Source: Leptolyngbyaceae cyanobacterium (lineage in GTDB: Bacteria; Cyanobacteriota; Cyanobacteriia; Phormidesmidales; Phormidesmidaceae). Taken from it: 26,006 nucleotides of DNA. A program made the position numbers and the translations under genes. The notes under the pieces were generated by a model that saw only the letters and a list, made by a program, of their open reading frames with translations, did not search any database and was not told where the DNA came from. Below, piece after piece: positions 1 through 9,704 of the stretch; the first letter of the stretch is position 1; each line of letters starts with the position of its first letter. The stretch covers positions 1 through 26,006 of the forward strand of contig CBDHHL010000027.1 of NCBI GenBank assembly GCA_965263355.1, read 5' to 3'.

Positions 1-1
1 C

Positions 2-775
2 ATCTACCAAGCCCAACTGGCCCACGCTTCTTATCTGCAAAACCCAGCTGGCTTTCTTGAGCACTATAAAAAAATAACGATAGAAAATAATGTCGCTTGG
101 TATCTCAAAAGCAAAGAAAAAACAACCATTATTTTCAGGGGCACCGATACCCTATGGTCTGACTGGAAACAATCTAATCTAATTTTTTGGCCCCATAAAG
201 AATGCAAAGATTTCAAGGCTCATGCTGGGTTCTATGATGGTGCTTTGAAGTTTATGCAGCATTGCCAGAAAGAACATTTATTAGATAGCCCGTTAGAACT
301 GATTGGCCATAGCCTTGGAGGCGCGATCGCTTTGATGTTCGGCATAATTGCCGCTGACAATGGTTTTCCTGTAGAAAGTATCAGCACCTTTGGAGCACCC
401 AGGGGCATGGATGAAGCCGGGGCCGATAAACACCGGGCATTAGGCCTAGAAAGTAAAACTTGGCAGGTCCGCAATGGGTCAGACCCTGTGTGTAGAATTA
501 TGCTGAGCTTCGATACAACCAAAAAAGTACTAGACCTAATCGGCTTAGATGTCAGAGTCGGTGCGTCTCATCCATGGTGCCATGAGATAATCACGAACCA
601 TCAGACGGGAAAAATCATAGAAAGCCCTGACGAATGGCAAAATGTCAGGGCCAAAGAGCCTGACACAGTAACCCGTATCGAAAAGTTTGCCTCAGCGATC
701 AAGGGGCTGACCGCTGAGGCTTTCATAGTTGATGACCATATGATTTGGAACTATATCAAAGGACTTGGAGGTTGA
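2..775 (+). CDS. Class 3 lipase / alpha-beta hydrolase, 5'-truncated by the window edge
   Basis: The frame stays open upstream of the listed 245 start back to base 2 (IYQAQLAHASY...IIFRGTDTLWSDW...HAGFY). Lipase_3 motifs occur in order: FRGT..DW, H.GF, GHSLGG nucleophile elbow, TFGAP, N.SDPV, DH. Confidence 0.88.
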   Translation: MYQAQLAHASYLQNPAGFLEHYKKITIENNVAWYLKSKEKTTIIFRGTDTLWSDWKQSNLIFWPHKECKDFKAHAGFYDGALKFMQHCQKEHLLDSPLELIGHSLGGAIALMFGIIAADNGFPVESISTFGAPRGMDEAGADKHRALGLESKTWQVRNGSDPVCRIMLSFDTTKKVLDLIGLDVRVGASHPWCHEIITNHQTGKIIESPDEWQNVRAKEPDTVTRIEKFASAIKGLTAEAFIVDDHMIWNYIKGLGG

Positions 776-777
776 TT

Positions 778-972
778 TTGAAGGCGAATATCACAATTCC
801 AGTGGACTCAGCTGTACTTGAAAAGGCTAGGCAGCTGGGGATCCCAGTGCAAGATTTACTAAGAGACGAAATATTAGCGGCAGCCGATAAAGTTCTACTG
901 CCATTAATTGGAGAATATGCGGCTAATTGCGATCGTACTGACTATGTTCCAAGCTGGGCTAAGCGACGTTGA
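778..972 (+). CDS. Small ribbon-helix-helix protein, CcdA-antitoxin-like
   Basis: KANITIPVDSAVLEKARQLGIPVQDLLRDEI resembles the CcdA pattern (N.S.D..L...AR.LGI). GGAGG at 767-771 precedes the TTG at 778. Confidence 0.55.
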   Translation: MKANITIPVDSAVLEKARQLGIPVQDLLRDEILAAADKVLLPLIGEYAANCDRTDYVPSWAKRR

Positions 973-1204
973 GTTGCTTCATATGTTTGCCACGTTCATC
1001 ACTGGAAACGACGCCTCTTTGCCCTATCCAATACATCAGTTGTCCAGTCGTCACAGCTCCATTTTTATCACGGGCAAACTTAAGATGACTACGGACGACA
1101 CGAACGGTGATTTCAAGCTCTCTGGCAATTTTTTTATTATACCAGCCCTTGCTAATGAGCATAATAATCTCATACTGCCTAGGCGTTAATACTACTGGTT
1201 CCAC
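959..1204 (-). CDS. Stand-alone LuxR-type HTH regulator
   Basis: LTPRQYEIIMLISKGWYNKKIARELEITVRVVRSHL matches the LuxR/GerE HTH signature. There is no receiver or ligand domain. Confidence 0.85.
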   Translation of the reverse strand: MEPVVLTPRQYEIIMLISKGWYNKKIARELEITVRVVRSHLKFARDKNGAVTTGQLMYWIGQRGVVSSDERGKHMKQLNVA

Positions 1205-1265
1205 AAATTTCCCCTACGGCAAAACATTCAAACAAACAATACGACACATGCGAGATTCGCGGTTG

Positions 1266-1400
1266 TTATCGTCTTTGTCCCTCGGCAAACATCCATGCCC
1301 ATACAAGGCGGAACAAAGCTTTATCGCCTGCATACGCTCGCCATTTTTTATTGATTTCATTTTGGCGAGCAATTATTTTAATTTCTTCTGGACAGTTCAC
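1266..1400 (-). CDS. Small hypothetical protein (44 aa), not in ORF track
   Basis: Hand translation MNCPEEIKIIARQNEINKKWRAYAGDKALFRLVWAWMFAEGQRR. GTG start preceded by GAGAGGA; fills the gap in the minus-strand operon. Confidence 0.45.
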   Translation of the reverse strand: MNCPEEIKIIARQNEINKKWRAYAGDKALFRLVWAWMFAEGQRR

Positions 1401-2052
1401 GCTTAGTTCCTCTCAAGTATTGTTTAGCTTTATTGATTTCCCCGTTAAATAACAGGGCAAAAACATAGTCTTTCTGACTTTCCCTTAACACTTGATATTC
1501 CAAGATATCGGCATATTCCAAGCCAGCAAACGGGGAAACTTCGCGAATTGGGTCTTGTCTAAAAATTCTTGGTCTAGAATATATCTCTGTTTGAATTGTC
1601 CGTTGCCTATTGCTTTTGAACCATAGCTTTCTGACCAGCTCAGTCGCATGAAAATCATAACGGCCTGAGCCAGACTCTATTAACTTTAGCCTTATAAGTG
1701 CATCACGGACCCGCTGATTCATAGGAGTGTGCATAGTCAAGAAACTCTCGAATTCTCTAGCCTGAATATCAGTTAGTAACTCAAACGCTGTTTCGATTAA
1801 TTCAACCTCAGTAAATGGTTCAAGTTTTTTATACTTCATCCATATTTCACGGACTCCAGGGGCAAGCTCATTGTTTTCTATGAGCAATCCAGCCCGACGA
1901 AATGCGCTTAAAACGGCACCTGATCGAGACGGCGGCAGAACATGGCCCCCACCCTGGCAAATCATATTTAAGATCTTGGTTCTAATCTTTCTGGACTGTT
2001 CGTATTTTTCAACTTCGTTCTTAATTTGTTCTAATGTCCATTCAGCCATCAA
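1378..2052 (-). CDS. Hypothetical protein (224 aa)
   Basis: Long ORF coupled to the upstream methylase stop; no motif recognised. Confidence 0.7.
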   Translation of the reverse strand: MMAEWTLEQIKNEVEKYEQSRKIRTKILNMICQGGGHVLPPSRSGAVLSAFRRAGLLIENNELAPGVREIWMKYKKLEPFTEVELIETAFELLTDIQAREFESFLTMHTPMNQRVRDALIRLKLIESGSGRYDFHATELVRKLWFKSNRQRTIQTEIYSRPRIFRQDPIREVSPFAGLEYADILEYQVLRESQKDYVFALLFNGEINKAKQYLRGTKRELSRRN

Positions 2053-3083
2053 ACCGCCAGCTCCAATAAACTTTTTTGCTCATATTTGCCCAACGTAAAA
2101 TCACCCCCGAATTCCCAAAAACCCTCAACAAACTGATCGTCTCGACTATTGCCGTTAATCCCGTTGTTGCCCCCAGTCAAAACGCTAAGAGGTGTTAACC
2201 GCCAATCACGGCCAAATTTATTTATCCGTTCAATCGCCTCACACAATGGGTCTGAAATATAATTAGTCATCACAACCCGTTCAATTCGAGGGTTAGCCAA
2301 CAGCCTTTCTAGCGTGCTAACAATCAAATCAAACAACTCAATTCCCTGTGGGTCACCATGGCAAATGTAAGACGGTGTTAATGCCCCTGTCCCCCGTCGT
2401 CCCGGTCTAGACCCTTTCGGCACCCAATAAGGTGCATCATGCAAAGCGATCGTTTTGCCAGTAAAAGACAGTTCAAAACTATCAATGCAAGCATGAGCGT
2501 CATTAGAAAAGTGAAGCCTCCAATTAGGGCTAAACCAGGGCATCTTATAACCCCAGCCATCATTCAAGGACTCAAGTAACTCTGGCGATAATTGAGGTTC
2601 ATTTTTCACAAACCCAGACTTTTTTTTGAGGCTGGCTACCTTATCTCGACTCTCTTTTACGTTTAATCGCCCCTTAGTATTCGCCCTGAGGCAGCTCATA
2701 AACGTGAACTCGCGAATCAACAGAGATGCGGCAGCAAGTGTTACACAGTCGCTTGTATCCTTAGTATCAACAATAGCTTTAAGGTTGTCATAGACAACCT
2801 TTGGCCCCTTGGAGAGCACTTCTTTAGACCAATTATTAATAGTCTTCTCTACTTGCTGCCTTAGACTGTCATCTTGCCAGCATTTATAAATTACCTGAAC
2901 AACAGGATCTATATCAGCCAAGAAAGCCCGCTTAACAATTCCGTTGCCGAGCATCCAATGACTGAAGTGGCCAGCACAGGCAAAAGGCTCAATGCTGGCA
3001 TCATAAACATAACGCCTATCCCATACAGGATACTTAACGCGATCTTTTTTGCTGCCAGGGGTGGGGAATAAACCTGTTTTCAT
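2049..3083 (-). CDS. DNA adenine methyltransferase, Dam/D12-like, with variant motifs
   Basis: Motif order X-I-II...IV of alpha-class MTases: FPTPGSK, IEPFACAG, LADID, HDAPYW (normally DPPY), VVMTNY. Confidence 0.75.
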   Translation of the reverse strand: MKTGLFPTPGSKKDRVKYPVWDRRYVYDASIEPFACAGHFSHWMLGNGIVKRAFLADIDPVVQVIYKCWQDDSLRQQVEKTINNWSKEVLSKGPKVVYDNLKAIVDTKDTSDCVTLAAASLLIREFTFMSCLRANTKGRLNVKESRDKVASLKKKSGFVKNEPQLSPELLESLNDGWGYKMPWFSPNWRLHFSNDAHACIDSFELSFTGKTIALHDAPYWVPKGSRPGRRGTGALTPSYICHGDPQGIELFDLIVSTLERLLANPRIERVVMTNYISDPLCEAIERINKFGRDWRLTPLSVLTGGNNGINGNSRDDQFVEGFWEFGGDFTLGKYEQKSLLELAV

Positions 3084-3088
3084 TAGCC

Positions 3089-3322
3089 TTAACTTTCAAG
3101 AAACCCCCGTACTTTCTGTTGTTCAGCCCAGAAATGAAGTACTTTTGTTGAATTTTTCAGCACTATGCCATCAATAGAAAAAATTGTCCCTTGCCCCAGG
3201 TAGTGCCAGGATTCATAAACAGGATTTTTATTCATATCGCACGCGTCATAGTGCAGTAACTGACCATCAATTAATGCAGTGCATACTTTCTTCTCTTCAT
3301 CACCTAGTTTTACTGTCATCAT
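3089..3322 (-). CDS. Hypothetical protein (77 aa)
   Basis: In operon, 5 bp from the methylase start. Confidence 0.55.
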   Translation of the reverse strand: MMTVKLGDEEKKVCTALIDGQLLHYDACDMNKNPVYESWHYLGQGTIFSIDGIVLKNSTKVLHFWAEQQKVRGFLES

Positions 3323-3387
3323 TTCTTTTCCTAGTATCGGCTAACATCAATGCAGAGGCCATGACGACCCCTGCATCAAACTAACTA

Positions 3388-4569
3388 TTAAATAGCGGCT
3401 GGCTGAGGAGCCTTAGAGTTCTCAGCAATACGAGCCTTGATGCCCGCAACAAAAGAACTTTGAGAAGATTCAGGCAAACGTAAACGACAAATAACTCGCT
3501 TGTTCTTGTTCTTCATCTCTTCAATCCTATCAATAGAAAGGATTGCAGGGGCATCAATGCTTAATTGAGTAGTAGAGCCCAAAAGCACCCGTTTAATATA
3601 AGTATTGCCATTGATCGTCTTCTCAGAGCCATCAACAATGGCATAAATTTCAACCCCATCACCAAACTTGCCCTGAGTCTTTTTGTAACCAACTATCTTA
3701 TATTCAACCTCAGGGCTAAGCTCGGAAAGCTTCATGTAATTGCCTCCCGTCAGCTCAAACTCATGCCCATTGACACTAAGTTTTTTGCCTTCCTTGGAAA
3801 CGGTTAGTTCTTCAGCGAACCAACCATTTTCATCAATAGAAAACTTTGCCCAATCTTCTTTATTGCCTGGTGCGTAAAAAAGCACTGGTTTTTCACCGAT
3901 AGCACCTAAGATAGATCCGTAAAATTCACCTTCTTTGTCTCTCTTGGGAACCCATTTAATATGGGCAAACTCAATATCTGAACCGTCTTCTACATCCCCC
4001 CACTTGATTCTTTCCTCACCTCGCAACAAAAACCCAGTAAGTTTTTCAGGCGTATTTGCCATAGATAAACGAGCACTAACGAGTTTTCGCCCATCTTCAG
4101 AGCGATGCTCATACTGTAAGCGAACAGGGCAAACCAACGCATATCCAGATGGATCTAAAATCAGCGTGTCATCGCCTAAATTAAGCGCGTACAAATCGCT
4201 AGGAAATACAGTTTCATTAGGGATGACAAATCGCTGCTGTCCCCATCTGACACAAATCCCGTCTTCATAAGCGTAAACAGCAGGTGTGGCTAAATAACCG
4301 CCATTATCATTGTTTACAAAAACGCAAGTACAGCCATCTGGATTGTACTCAGTAAAACCCAGCTTGCTGCAAAGCTGGTTAAACGCCTCACGAATATCTT
4401 CCGGCAAACTCTGATCTGGAATGTCAATTTTATCTTCGCTAATCCCAGCACTCAATAACTCTGTCTCAAGGTCCATTAACCTTTGAGTAAGATTGATGTT
4501 TGGTGCAATCGCAGTTGCAGTAGTTTCAACAGCTTGAGTGCTAGAGCCTTTCTTTTGAAATCGGGCCAT
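3388..4569 (-). CDS. Hypothetical beta-rich protein, possibly ssDNA-binding
   Basis: Long ORF (probable start MARFQKK) transcribed divergently from the primase. The C-terminal part (YKIVGYKKTQGKFGDGVEIYAIVDG) looks OB-fold-like; function is inference only. Confidence 0.7.
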   Translation of the reverse strand: MARFQKKGSSTQAVETTATAIAPNINLTQRLMDLETELLSAGISEDKIDIPDQSLPEDIREAFNQLCSKLGFTEYNPDGCTCVFVNNDNGGYLATPAVYAYEDGICVRWGQQRFVIPNETVFPSDLYALNLGDDTLILDPSGYALVCPVRLQYEHRSEDGRKLVSARLSMANTPEKLTGFLLRGEERIKWGDVEDGSDIEFAHIKWVPKRDKEGEFYGSILGAIGEKPVLFYAPGNKEDWAKFSIDENGWFAEELTVSKEGKKLSVNGHEFELTGGNYMKLSELSPEVEYKIVGYKKTQGKFGDGVEIYAIVDGSEKTINGNTYIKRVLLGSTTQLSIDAPAILSIDRIEEMKNKNKRVICRLRLPESSQSSFVAGIKARIAENSKAPQPAAI

Positions 4570-4644
4570 AATAATAAATTCCAATTTTTGAACATCGAGT
4601 TAGGGCAAACGTGGCATCGAACCGCCCTAAACCTTACAAGTACA

Positions 4645-4708
4645 ACACTAAAAAATACAATCAAGTTTGTCAAGGGGCTTGACAAAAAAGAAAAAATACA
4701 GCCATGCT
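4645..4708. promoter_or_regulatory. Back-to-back divergent sigma70-type promoters
   Basis: Perfect inverted repeat TTTGTCAAG-ggg-CTTGACAAA (4666-4686) gives TTGACA on both strands. Leftward -10 TAGTGT at 17 bp; rightward -10 CATGCT at 18 bp. Confidence 0.6.
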
Positions 4709-4771
4709 TGTAAAGCAATGCCATTATATAAAACGCAGCAAATATAATGGGCTTCCTGGAATTTAATAAAT

Positions 4772-7021
4772 ATGAGTGGATTAGGAGCTGATTTTGGATG
4801 GAAATCAATACGCAAGTTTATTCCCGAGCTGCCCGAGCAGCACTATCTAGAAGCCCATCACGTTAGTCATTTAGCAGAAAGCGGTATAAGTCCCAGTGCT
4901 GCCCTAGTAGCTGGCATATTTAGCGCTGATGCTGCCTTAGCTAGAACGCTCACAGGCCACGGTAGAGCCGGTCTGATATTCACTTATTTCACGATTGACG
5001 GCAAAGATGTATATCGATGGGGGGATGATAGCAGGCCATTTTTTAGACTCAGGCCAGACAACCCGCCAAGCCCAAAATGCACATATCTGTCCCCAAAAGG
5101 GGCGCCCCCACGGATTTATTTTCCGAGAGTGGCTAACAAAGTCGATTTTACTAAGCTTTCAGGCCTTAATCTAGCCTTAACAGAAGGCGAGAAAAAAAGC
5201 CTACTGGCAACACTCTGTAATATTCCATGCATAGGGATTGGAGGGGTTTACAGTTACAAGACTGGCGATAGAGACGAATGGGGCAACCGTGCTTTAGGAT
5301 GCCTGGTTGATGAGATTGATCTTAGATCCGCGCAAAACTTAACCATAGTTTTTGATAGCGACATCACCCACAAACATCAGGTTGCTAGGGCCATCAAAGC
5401 ATTGGCTGGAAATTTAATAGAGGCTTATCATCAGCTCGAAATAAATGAGACAGGCTCTAATGAGCGAGTGCCTGCCCGAACACTAGCATTAGCTAAAAAA
5501 ATAAAATATGCGCTGCTCCCAACACGGTTAAAGCTTAGCAATGAAAAAAAGACCAAAAAACTAGGCTTAGATGACGCAATTGTGCTATTAGGCGAGTCCC
5601 CAGTAAAGGAGTTGTTAGCCCACGCATTGCCATTAGTAAAATGCAAGTGGGAGGACAAATCATTAGATACTGAGTGCCTGTTTGCGTCTGAACCGCTGGG
5701 AGACGACGCCCACAAAGATACTCCTATTAATAAACAGCATCATGTTAGAGGGTTAATCAGTTGGCTATCCTTGCATGGGATTTATGCAAATATTCCTGAT
5801 TATTCAAAACGTCAATATTATCCAGAAGGCATCTGGAAAGACGTAGGCGAGGAAGCTTGGAAATTACTTTCCGAACAAATAGCTGACGCTCAATACTGGC
5901 TAAATAGGAAGCGTGCGATCGCGGCGCAAGAACTTAGATTTGTAGAGAACAAGACCCGATTAAGTAAAGACCAATTTGACCAACCGCATCTACTAGGATT
6001 TATTAATGGAGTGCTGGAGCTTAATAAAAAAGAGCTTATTCCACATTCTCCTCAAAATTATATTACTCAGACATTAGGATTTTCATATGACCCTGAAGCC
6101 CAATGTATCCAATGGCTAACCTGGCTAAATTGGATATTCGAAGATGATGAAAAGTGGCCAGAGATTATTCAAGCCCTTATTCGTTGGACGATCACGCCTA
6201 AAGAAAAAGGTCCCTATCCCATTCATATATGGCCTGTTCTAATTGGCCCAGCTGGCATCGGTAAAGGGACATTTTTAAGTGTGTTAACGCAGCTAGTAGG
6301 CGAAGGCAGTTATGCCGCCTGGAATTATCACAACGTGAATGACGCTCGCGGCATGAACAGTATGTCCGGCAAACGAGCTTGTTTTGCAATGGACCTTAAA
6401 GGCGAATTGGGCAGTCAGGCAGTTGGAAATATCAACTCAATCTGTGTCAACGAGCCTCTAGACGTAGAAGCTAAATATAAAGACAAACGAACCGAAGAGT
6501 TCAAAACTGTCTTATGGGCAGCCATGAACCAGCCGATCAAGTCCAGGGCAGCTGACCAAGAAGGACTTAGTAGGCGAGTACTATATATCCCATTTAGCCG
6601 CAAACCCGCCGAGATCGATACTGAGCTGGCCAACAAATTAAAAACTGAGCTACCAGGAATATTTAATTGGGCTTGGGCTATCTCCCTAGATGAAGCAGTG
6701 GAAACACTAAAAACCCACCTCAAGTCTGAGGAGAACATAGCATTACAGCAACGTCACTTGGCAGAGTCAAATACTGTCTACGAATGGATGGAACATCTAG
6801 AACTATCCGTTGCTCAAACTCAGATAATTAGTGTCTGGTACAATCGTTATAAAGAATGGGTACTTAACACAGGCTGCAAACCATTAAAAATGAGAAATTG
6901 GAAAAAATACATCCTTGCCGCCGGGGCCGAAACTCAGAGGAAGACAGGAGAAGGCATCCCGCTAACACTACCTCCCCTAAAAGACGTTGACATTAGAAAA
7001 ATGCTAGGACTATTCAACTGA
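4772..7021 (+). CDS. DUF3854 (TOPRIM-like) + D5_N + SF3 helicase primase-helicase, P4 alpha/D5 family
   Basis: YLSPKG..PRIYFP, LTEGEKKS, IGIGGV, IVFDSD, GLDD (TOPRIM); LGFINGVLEL..PHSPQNYIT (D5_N); Walker A GPAGIGKGT; VEAKYKD, AMNQP, LSRRVLYIPF, ELPGIFNWA; C-terminal winged-helix-like domain. Confidence 0.92.
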   Translation: MSGLGADFGWKSIRKFIPELPEQHYLEAHHVSHLAESGISPSAALVAGIFSADAALARTLTGHGRAGLIFTYFTIDGKDVYRWGDDSRPFFRLRPDNPPSPKCTYLSPKGAPPRIYFPRVANKVDFTKLSGLNLALTEGEKKSLLATLCNIPCIGIGGVYSYKTGDRDEWGNRALGCLVDEIDLRSAQNLTIVFDSDITHKHQVARAIKALAGNLIEAYHQLEINETGSNERVPARTLALAKKIKYALLPTRLKLSNEKKTKKLGLDDAIVLLGESPVKELLAHALPLVKCKWEDKSLDTECLFASEPLGDDAHKDTPINKQHHVRGLISWLSLHGIYANIPDYSKRQYYPEGIWKDVGEEAWKLLSEQIADAQYWLNRKRAIAAQELRFVENKTRLSKDQFDQPHLLGFINGVLELNKKELIPHSPQNYITQTLGFSYDPEAQCIQWLTWLNWIFEDDEKWPEIIQALIRWTITPKEKGPYPIHIWPVLIGPAGIGKGTFLSVLTQLVGEGSYAAWNYHNVNDARGMNSMSGKRACFAMDLKGELGSQAVGNINSICVNEPLDVEAKYKDKRTEEFKTVLWAAMNQPIKSRAADQEGLSRRVLYIPFSRKPAEIDTELANKLKTELPGIFNWAWAISLDEAVETLKTHLKSEENIALQQRHLAESNTVYEWMEHLELSVAQTQIISVWYNRYKEWVLNTGCKPLKMRNWKKYILAAGAETQRKTGEGIPLTLPPLKDVDIRKMLGLFN

Positions 7022-7051
7022 ACTACAAACATCGAAACAGACAACTACACG

Positions 7052-7084
7052 AGCGCTTCAGGCCACCAAACCTGAGGCGCTTTT
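7052..7084 (+). terminator. Intrinsic terminator after the primase-helicase
   Basis: AGCGCTTCAGG-ccaccaaa-CCTGAGGCGCT hairpin (one G-U pair) followed by a T run. Confidence 0.7.
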
Positions 7085-7850
7085 ACTTTGGCCAGTATCG
7101 ACCGCTACAACCAGTCCTAGAGCCAGCAAAACAAAACTGCCGCCGCTTCCCCCCTCACCCTTTCCTAGAACGAGGGGACCTAAGAAAAGCTTAGCGATGT
7201 ATCAAATGACACCAAGTAGGCTGTCTTCATAAAACTCTGGTTGAGTGTGCCAGTTGATAGTGATTTGTAGGATTAGTGGTAGTTAAGCCCAAAAAGTGAT
7301 CAGTTTTTTCACAAAAATCATTAGTAAATCCCTAGGAATTTCACTAAAACTTGAATTTTGAAATCCTTTTATATCAATGGTTTCAGCGATTTTTTTATCG
7401 AAATGGCCATTTTTTGGCTCAAACTTTCTGTTTTCTATGGGAGTGCTCCTTATCTATGCCCTATTAGCCTCTATCTATTTCTAAAACAGAAAGTTTGAAA
7501 TTGAAATATATAAAATATTAGAGTATAGAAAACGCTGCAATGTATATATAGCAAGGGATGCAGCCGACAAAAAGCACTTGAAATAACTATGAAATAACTA
7601 CTGAAAAGCAGTGAATTAGTAGGTGAAACCCAGTGATTTTTTGAATGCTTTTTTGCAGAATCCAGGGGGTTAACGTCTGTTAAATAGAATCTAAGTTTCA
7701 CCCAAAGATTATAGTACTGATGCACTAAAGCTAAAAAGCGCTGAAACCCGCATTCTGTCGTTAAATTTGCTTTTTAGTGTGCCAGTTGCTCTGATTTTTG
7801 CTTTTGAAGGACTCGCTTGCTGGCCTGTCAGTGGCGTTTATTTTTTGTCA
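7085..7850. other. Putative replication origin
   Basis: Longest non-coding stretch, directly after the primase, with an AT-rich core. Direct repeat AGTGTGCCAGTTG (7244-7256, 7776-7788). Inverted repeats 7419-7434/7483-7498 and 7379-7394/7733-7748. A/C-rich to G/T-rich switch across it. Confidence 0.6.
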
Positions 7851-7856
7851 AGTGTC

Positions 7857-7885
7857 TTTACAGGTATGGTTGTGGTTGCTACTAT
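7857..7885 (+). promoter_or_regulatory. Sigma70-type promoter of the helicase operon
   Basis: TTTACA-17 bp-TACTAT, preceded by TGTCAAG as in the 4666-4686 palindrome. Confidence 0.6.
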
Positions 7886-7905
7886 TGTGGTTGTAGAGAT
7901 TTTGG

Positions 7906-9633
7906 GTGATTTGTATGGTTGAGGCGATTCAGTCGTCATTATTGATGGCTACTGGCGATGACGAATCGCCAAAAATAACGTTGACAGGCCAGCAAGAGGT
8001 TCTTAAAGCTGAGGTACTGGAATGGCTAAGGCTTAAGCCTTCTAAGCTTGCTCGTGTGACTGGCTTTGCTGGGACGGGAAAGACCACCGTGATTAAATAT
8101 GTTGTGCAGGCTGCTATTGAAGAGGGGCTTATTAATGGTCCTGTCTGGGCTTGCGCTCCTACTCATCAAGCTAAAGGGGTGATTGAGAACTCGTTGAGGG
8201 GAAGTGCTGTCACTGAGGTGACCACCGCTCATTCATTGCTTGGTTTGCGGCCTAAGACAGTTGAGTTCAAACGAAAGGACCAAGATAAATTAGATGTCCT
8301 TTTAGGCATTAAAGAAGAGCTTAGAAGTACGGATGAATCGGCGTTAATTGATGCTTTGTTGATACGTCGCAACGCTTCAGACGCTGAAGTTCAATCGTTT
8401 GTGCCTAGCGGAAAGCTCAAGGAAGGAATAGAAAAAGTCAGGTTTTTGTTAGTTGATGAATGGTCAATGATCGACAAGCTTCTATATGGGCTTTTTTGCG
8501 AACTAGCGAATGACCCAGTGATGCACCCTGACTTTCAAATTATTTTCTTGGGGGATCCTGCTCAGCTGCCACCTATTGGCGAAACAATTAGCAAGGTTGA
8601 GTCTTTGCCGTCATTCCAAGAGTTAACAGAGGTTGTTCGCTATAAAGGCGCAATTCTTGAATACTGCAATAAGGTCCGTACTGAACGAGATTACAACTGG
8701 CTGCATCAGCGAGTGGAGGAAGATGACACTTTAATGGTTCTGCAAGAGTGGGAAGTCATGCCTCAACTTAAAGAACTGTACGCAGCTGGGGAATCTATCC
8801 GATTTGCTGCAGCGACTAACGCTAGGGTAATGGCCCTTAATTATCAGATTCGCGGCATTCTCAAAGATGGGGATTTGTCTGGACTATTTTACGATCCAGG
8901 GGATGTTGTGTTGACGTTGAATGCTGTTAGCCGTAGCAGTTCATATGCTTATGACGTTGCTTGCGGTGGGAAAAAATCGAAGCTGGAAGAGCACACCAGC
9001 ACACTTTTAGAACTTGGCGACCTATGCGGACCGGGTGCATATGTAAGTCTTGGCACTTCTGGAACAATTCTTACAGACCAGTCATTTGAGATGACATCAA
9101 AGCTTGGTACTAAATTTAGCCGGATGATTTTTCGGTATCGGCGTTATGAGTCAGGGCTACCGTTCTCGGAACGAAAAGCAATATGTTTGCTCAACCCAGC
9201 TCAGTACGACCAATGGCAGCTTGAATGTAAGCAGCTAGCTAGCCGAGCAAAAGTTACTCAGACCCGCAGTCGTAAATCTACAGGTATTAGAGGACAGGAA
9301 GGGGAGCAGGCTAAGGCTGTTTGGGAAGAGTTTGGTTTAAAAAATTGGTGGAAAAAGAAGAACGGCGAACCTTTACAGCAGTATGAATATCAAAAGCTTA
9401 AAACGGGATTGTGGATAGACTACTTTGACTTGGCCAACTTTGCTGATAAGGCCAGTTACAGCTATGTGAGCACTTGCCATCGGCTGCAAGGCGTAACAGT
9501 AGATATTGTCGTGCTTGACATGAAGACTCTTATGTCGAACGCACAAGCAAAATTTGACGAAACTTGGGATCCTCGAAAGCTGCTGTACACCGCAGCTACT
9601 AGGGCACGTAAACAGTTGATTTTTATGTGCTAA
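7906..9633 (+). CDS. SF1B helicase, Dda/RecD-like
   Basis: GFAGTGKTT, ACAPTHQAK, TAHSLL, VDEWSM, GDPAQLPPI, LTEVVRY, TCHRLQGVT, LLYTAATRAR. Confidence 0.92.
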   Translation: MICMVEAIQSSLLMATGDDESPKITLTGQQEVLKAEVLEWLRLKPSKLARVTGFAGTGKTTVIKYVVQAAIEEGLINGPVWACAPTHQAKGVIENSLRGSAVTEVTTAHSLLGLRPKTVEFKRKDQDKLDVLLGIKEELRSTDESALIDALLIRRNASDAEVQSFVPSGKLKEGIEKVRFLLVDEWSMIDKLLYGLFCELANDPVMHPDFQIIFLGDPAQLPPIGETISKVESLPSFQELTEVVRYKGAILEYCNKVRTERDYNWLHQRVEEDDTLMVLQEWEVMPQLKELYAAGESIRFAAATNARVMALNYQIRGILKDGDLSGLFYDPGDVVLTLNAVSRSSSYAYDVACGGKKSKLEEHTSTLLELGDLCGPGAYVSLGTSGTILTDQSFEMTSKLGTKFSRMIFRYRRYESGLPFSERKAICLLNPAQYDQWQLECKQLASRAKVTQTRSRKSTGIRGQEGEQAKAVWEEFGLKNWWKKKNGEPLQQYEYQKLKTGLWIDYFDLANFADKASYSYVSTCHRLQGVTVDIVVLDMKTLMSNAQAKFDETWDPRKLLYTAATRARKQLIFMC

Positions 9634-9704
9634 CTAGTCAAGTTCGTCAATTCACGGTGCATCAATTCAAGTAATTCAAATCAAACAAGAAAAGGCTAAA
9701 AACT

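Noticed and set aside
778..972. Complete ccdAB toxin-antitoxin system
   Set aside because: No CcdB-like ORF adjacent.
908..1406. Plus-strand ORFs 908..1189 and 1107..1406
   Set aside because: Shadows of the LuxR gene and the minus-strand operon.
7471..7725. 84-aa minus-strand ORF
   Set aside because: Low-complexity reading through the repeat-rich origin-like region.
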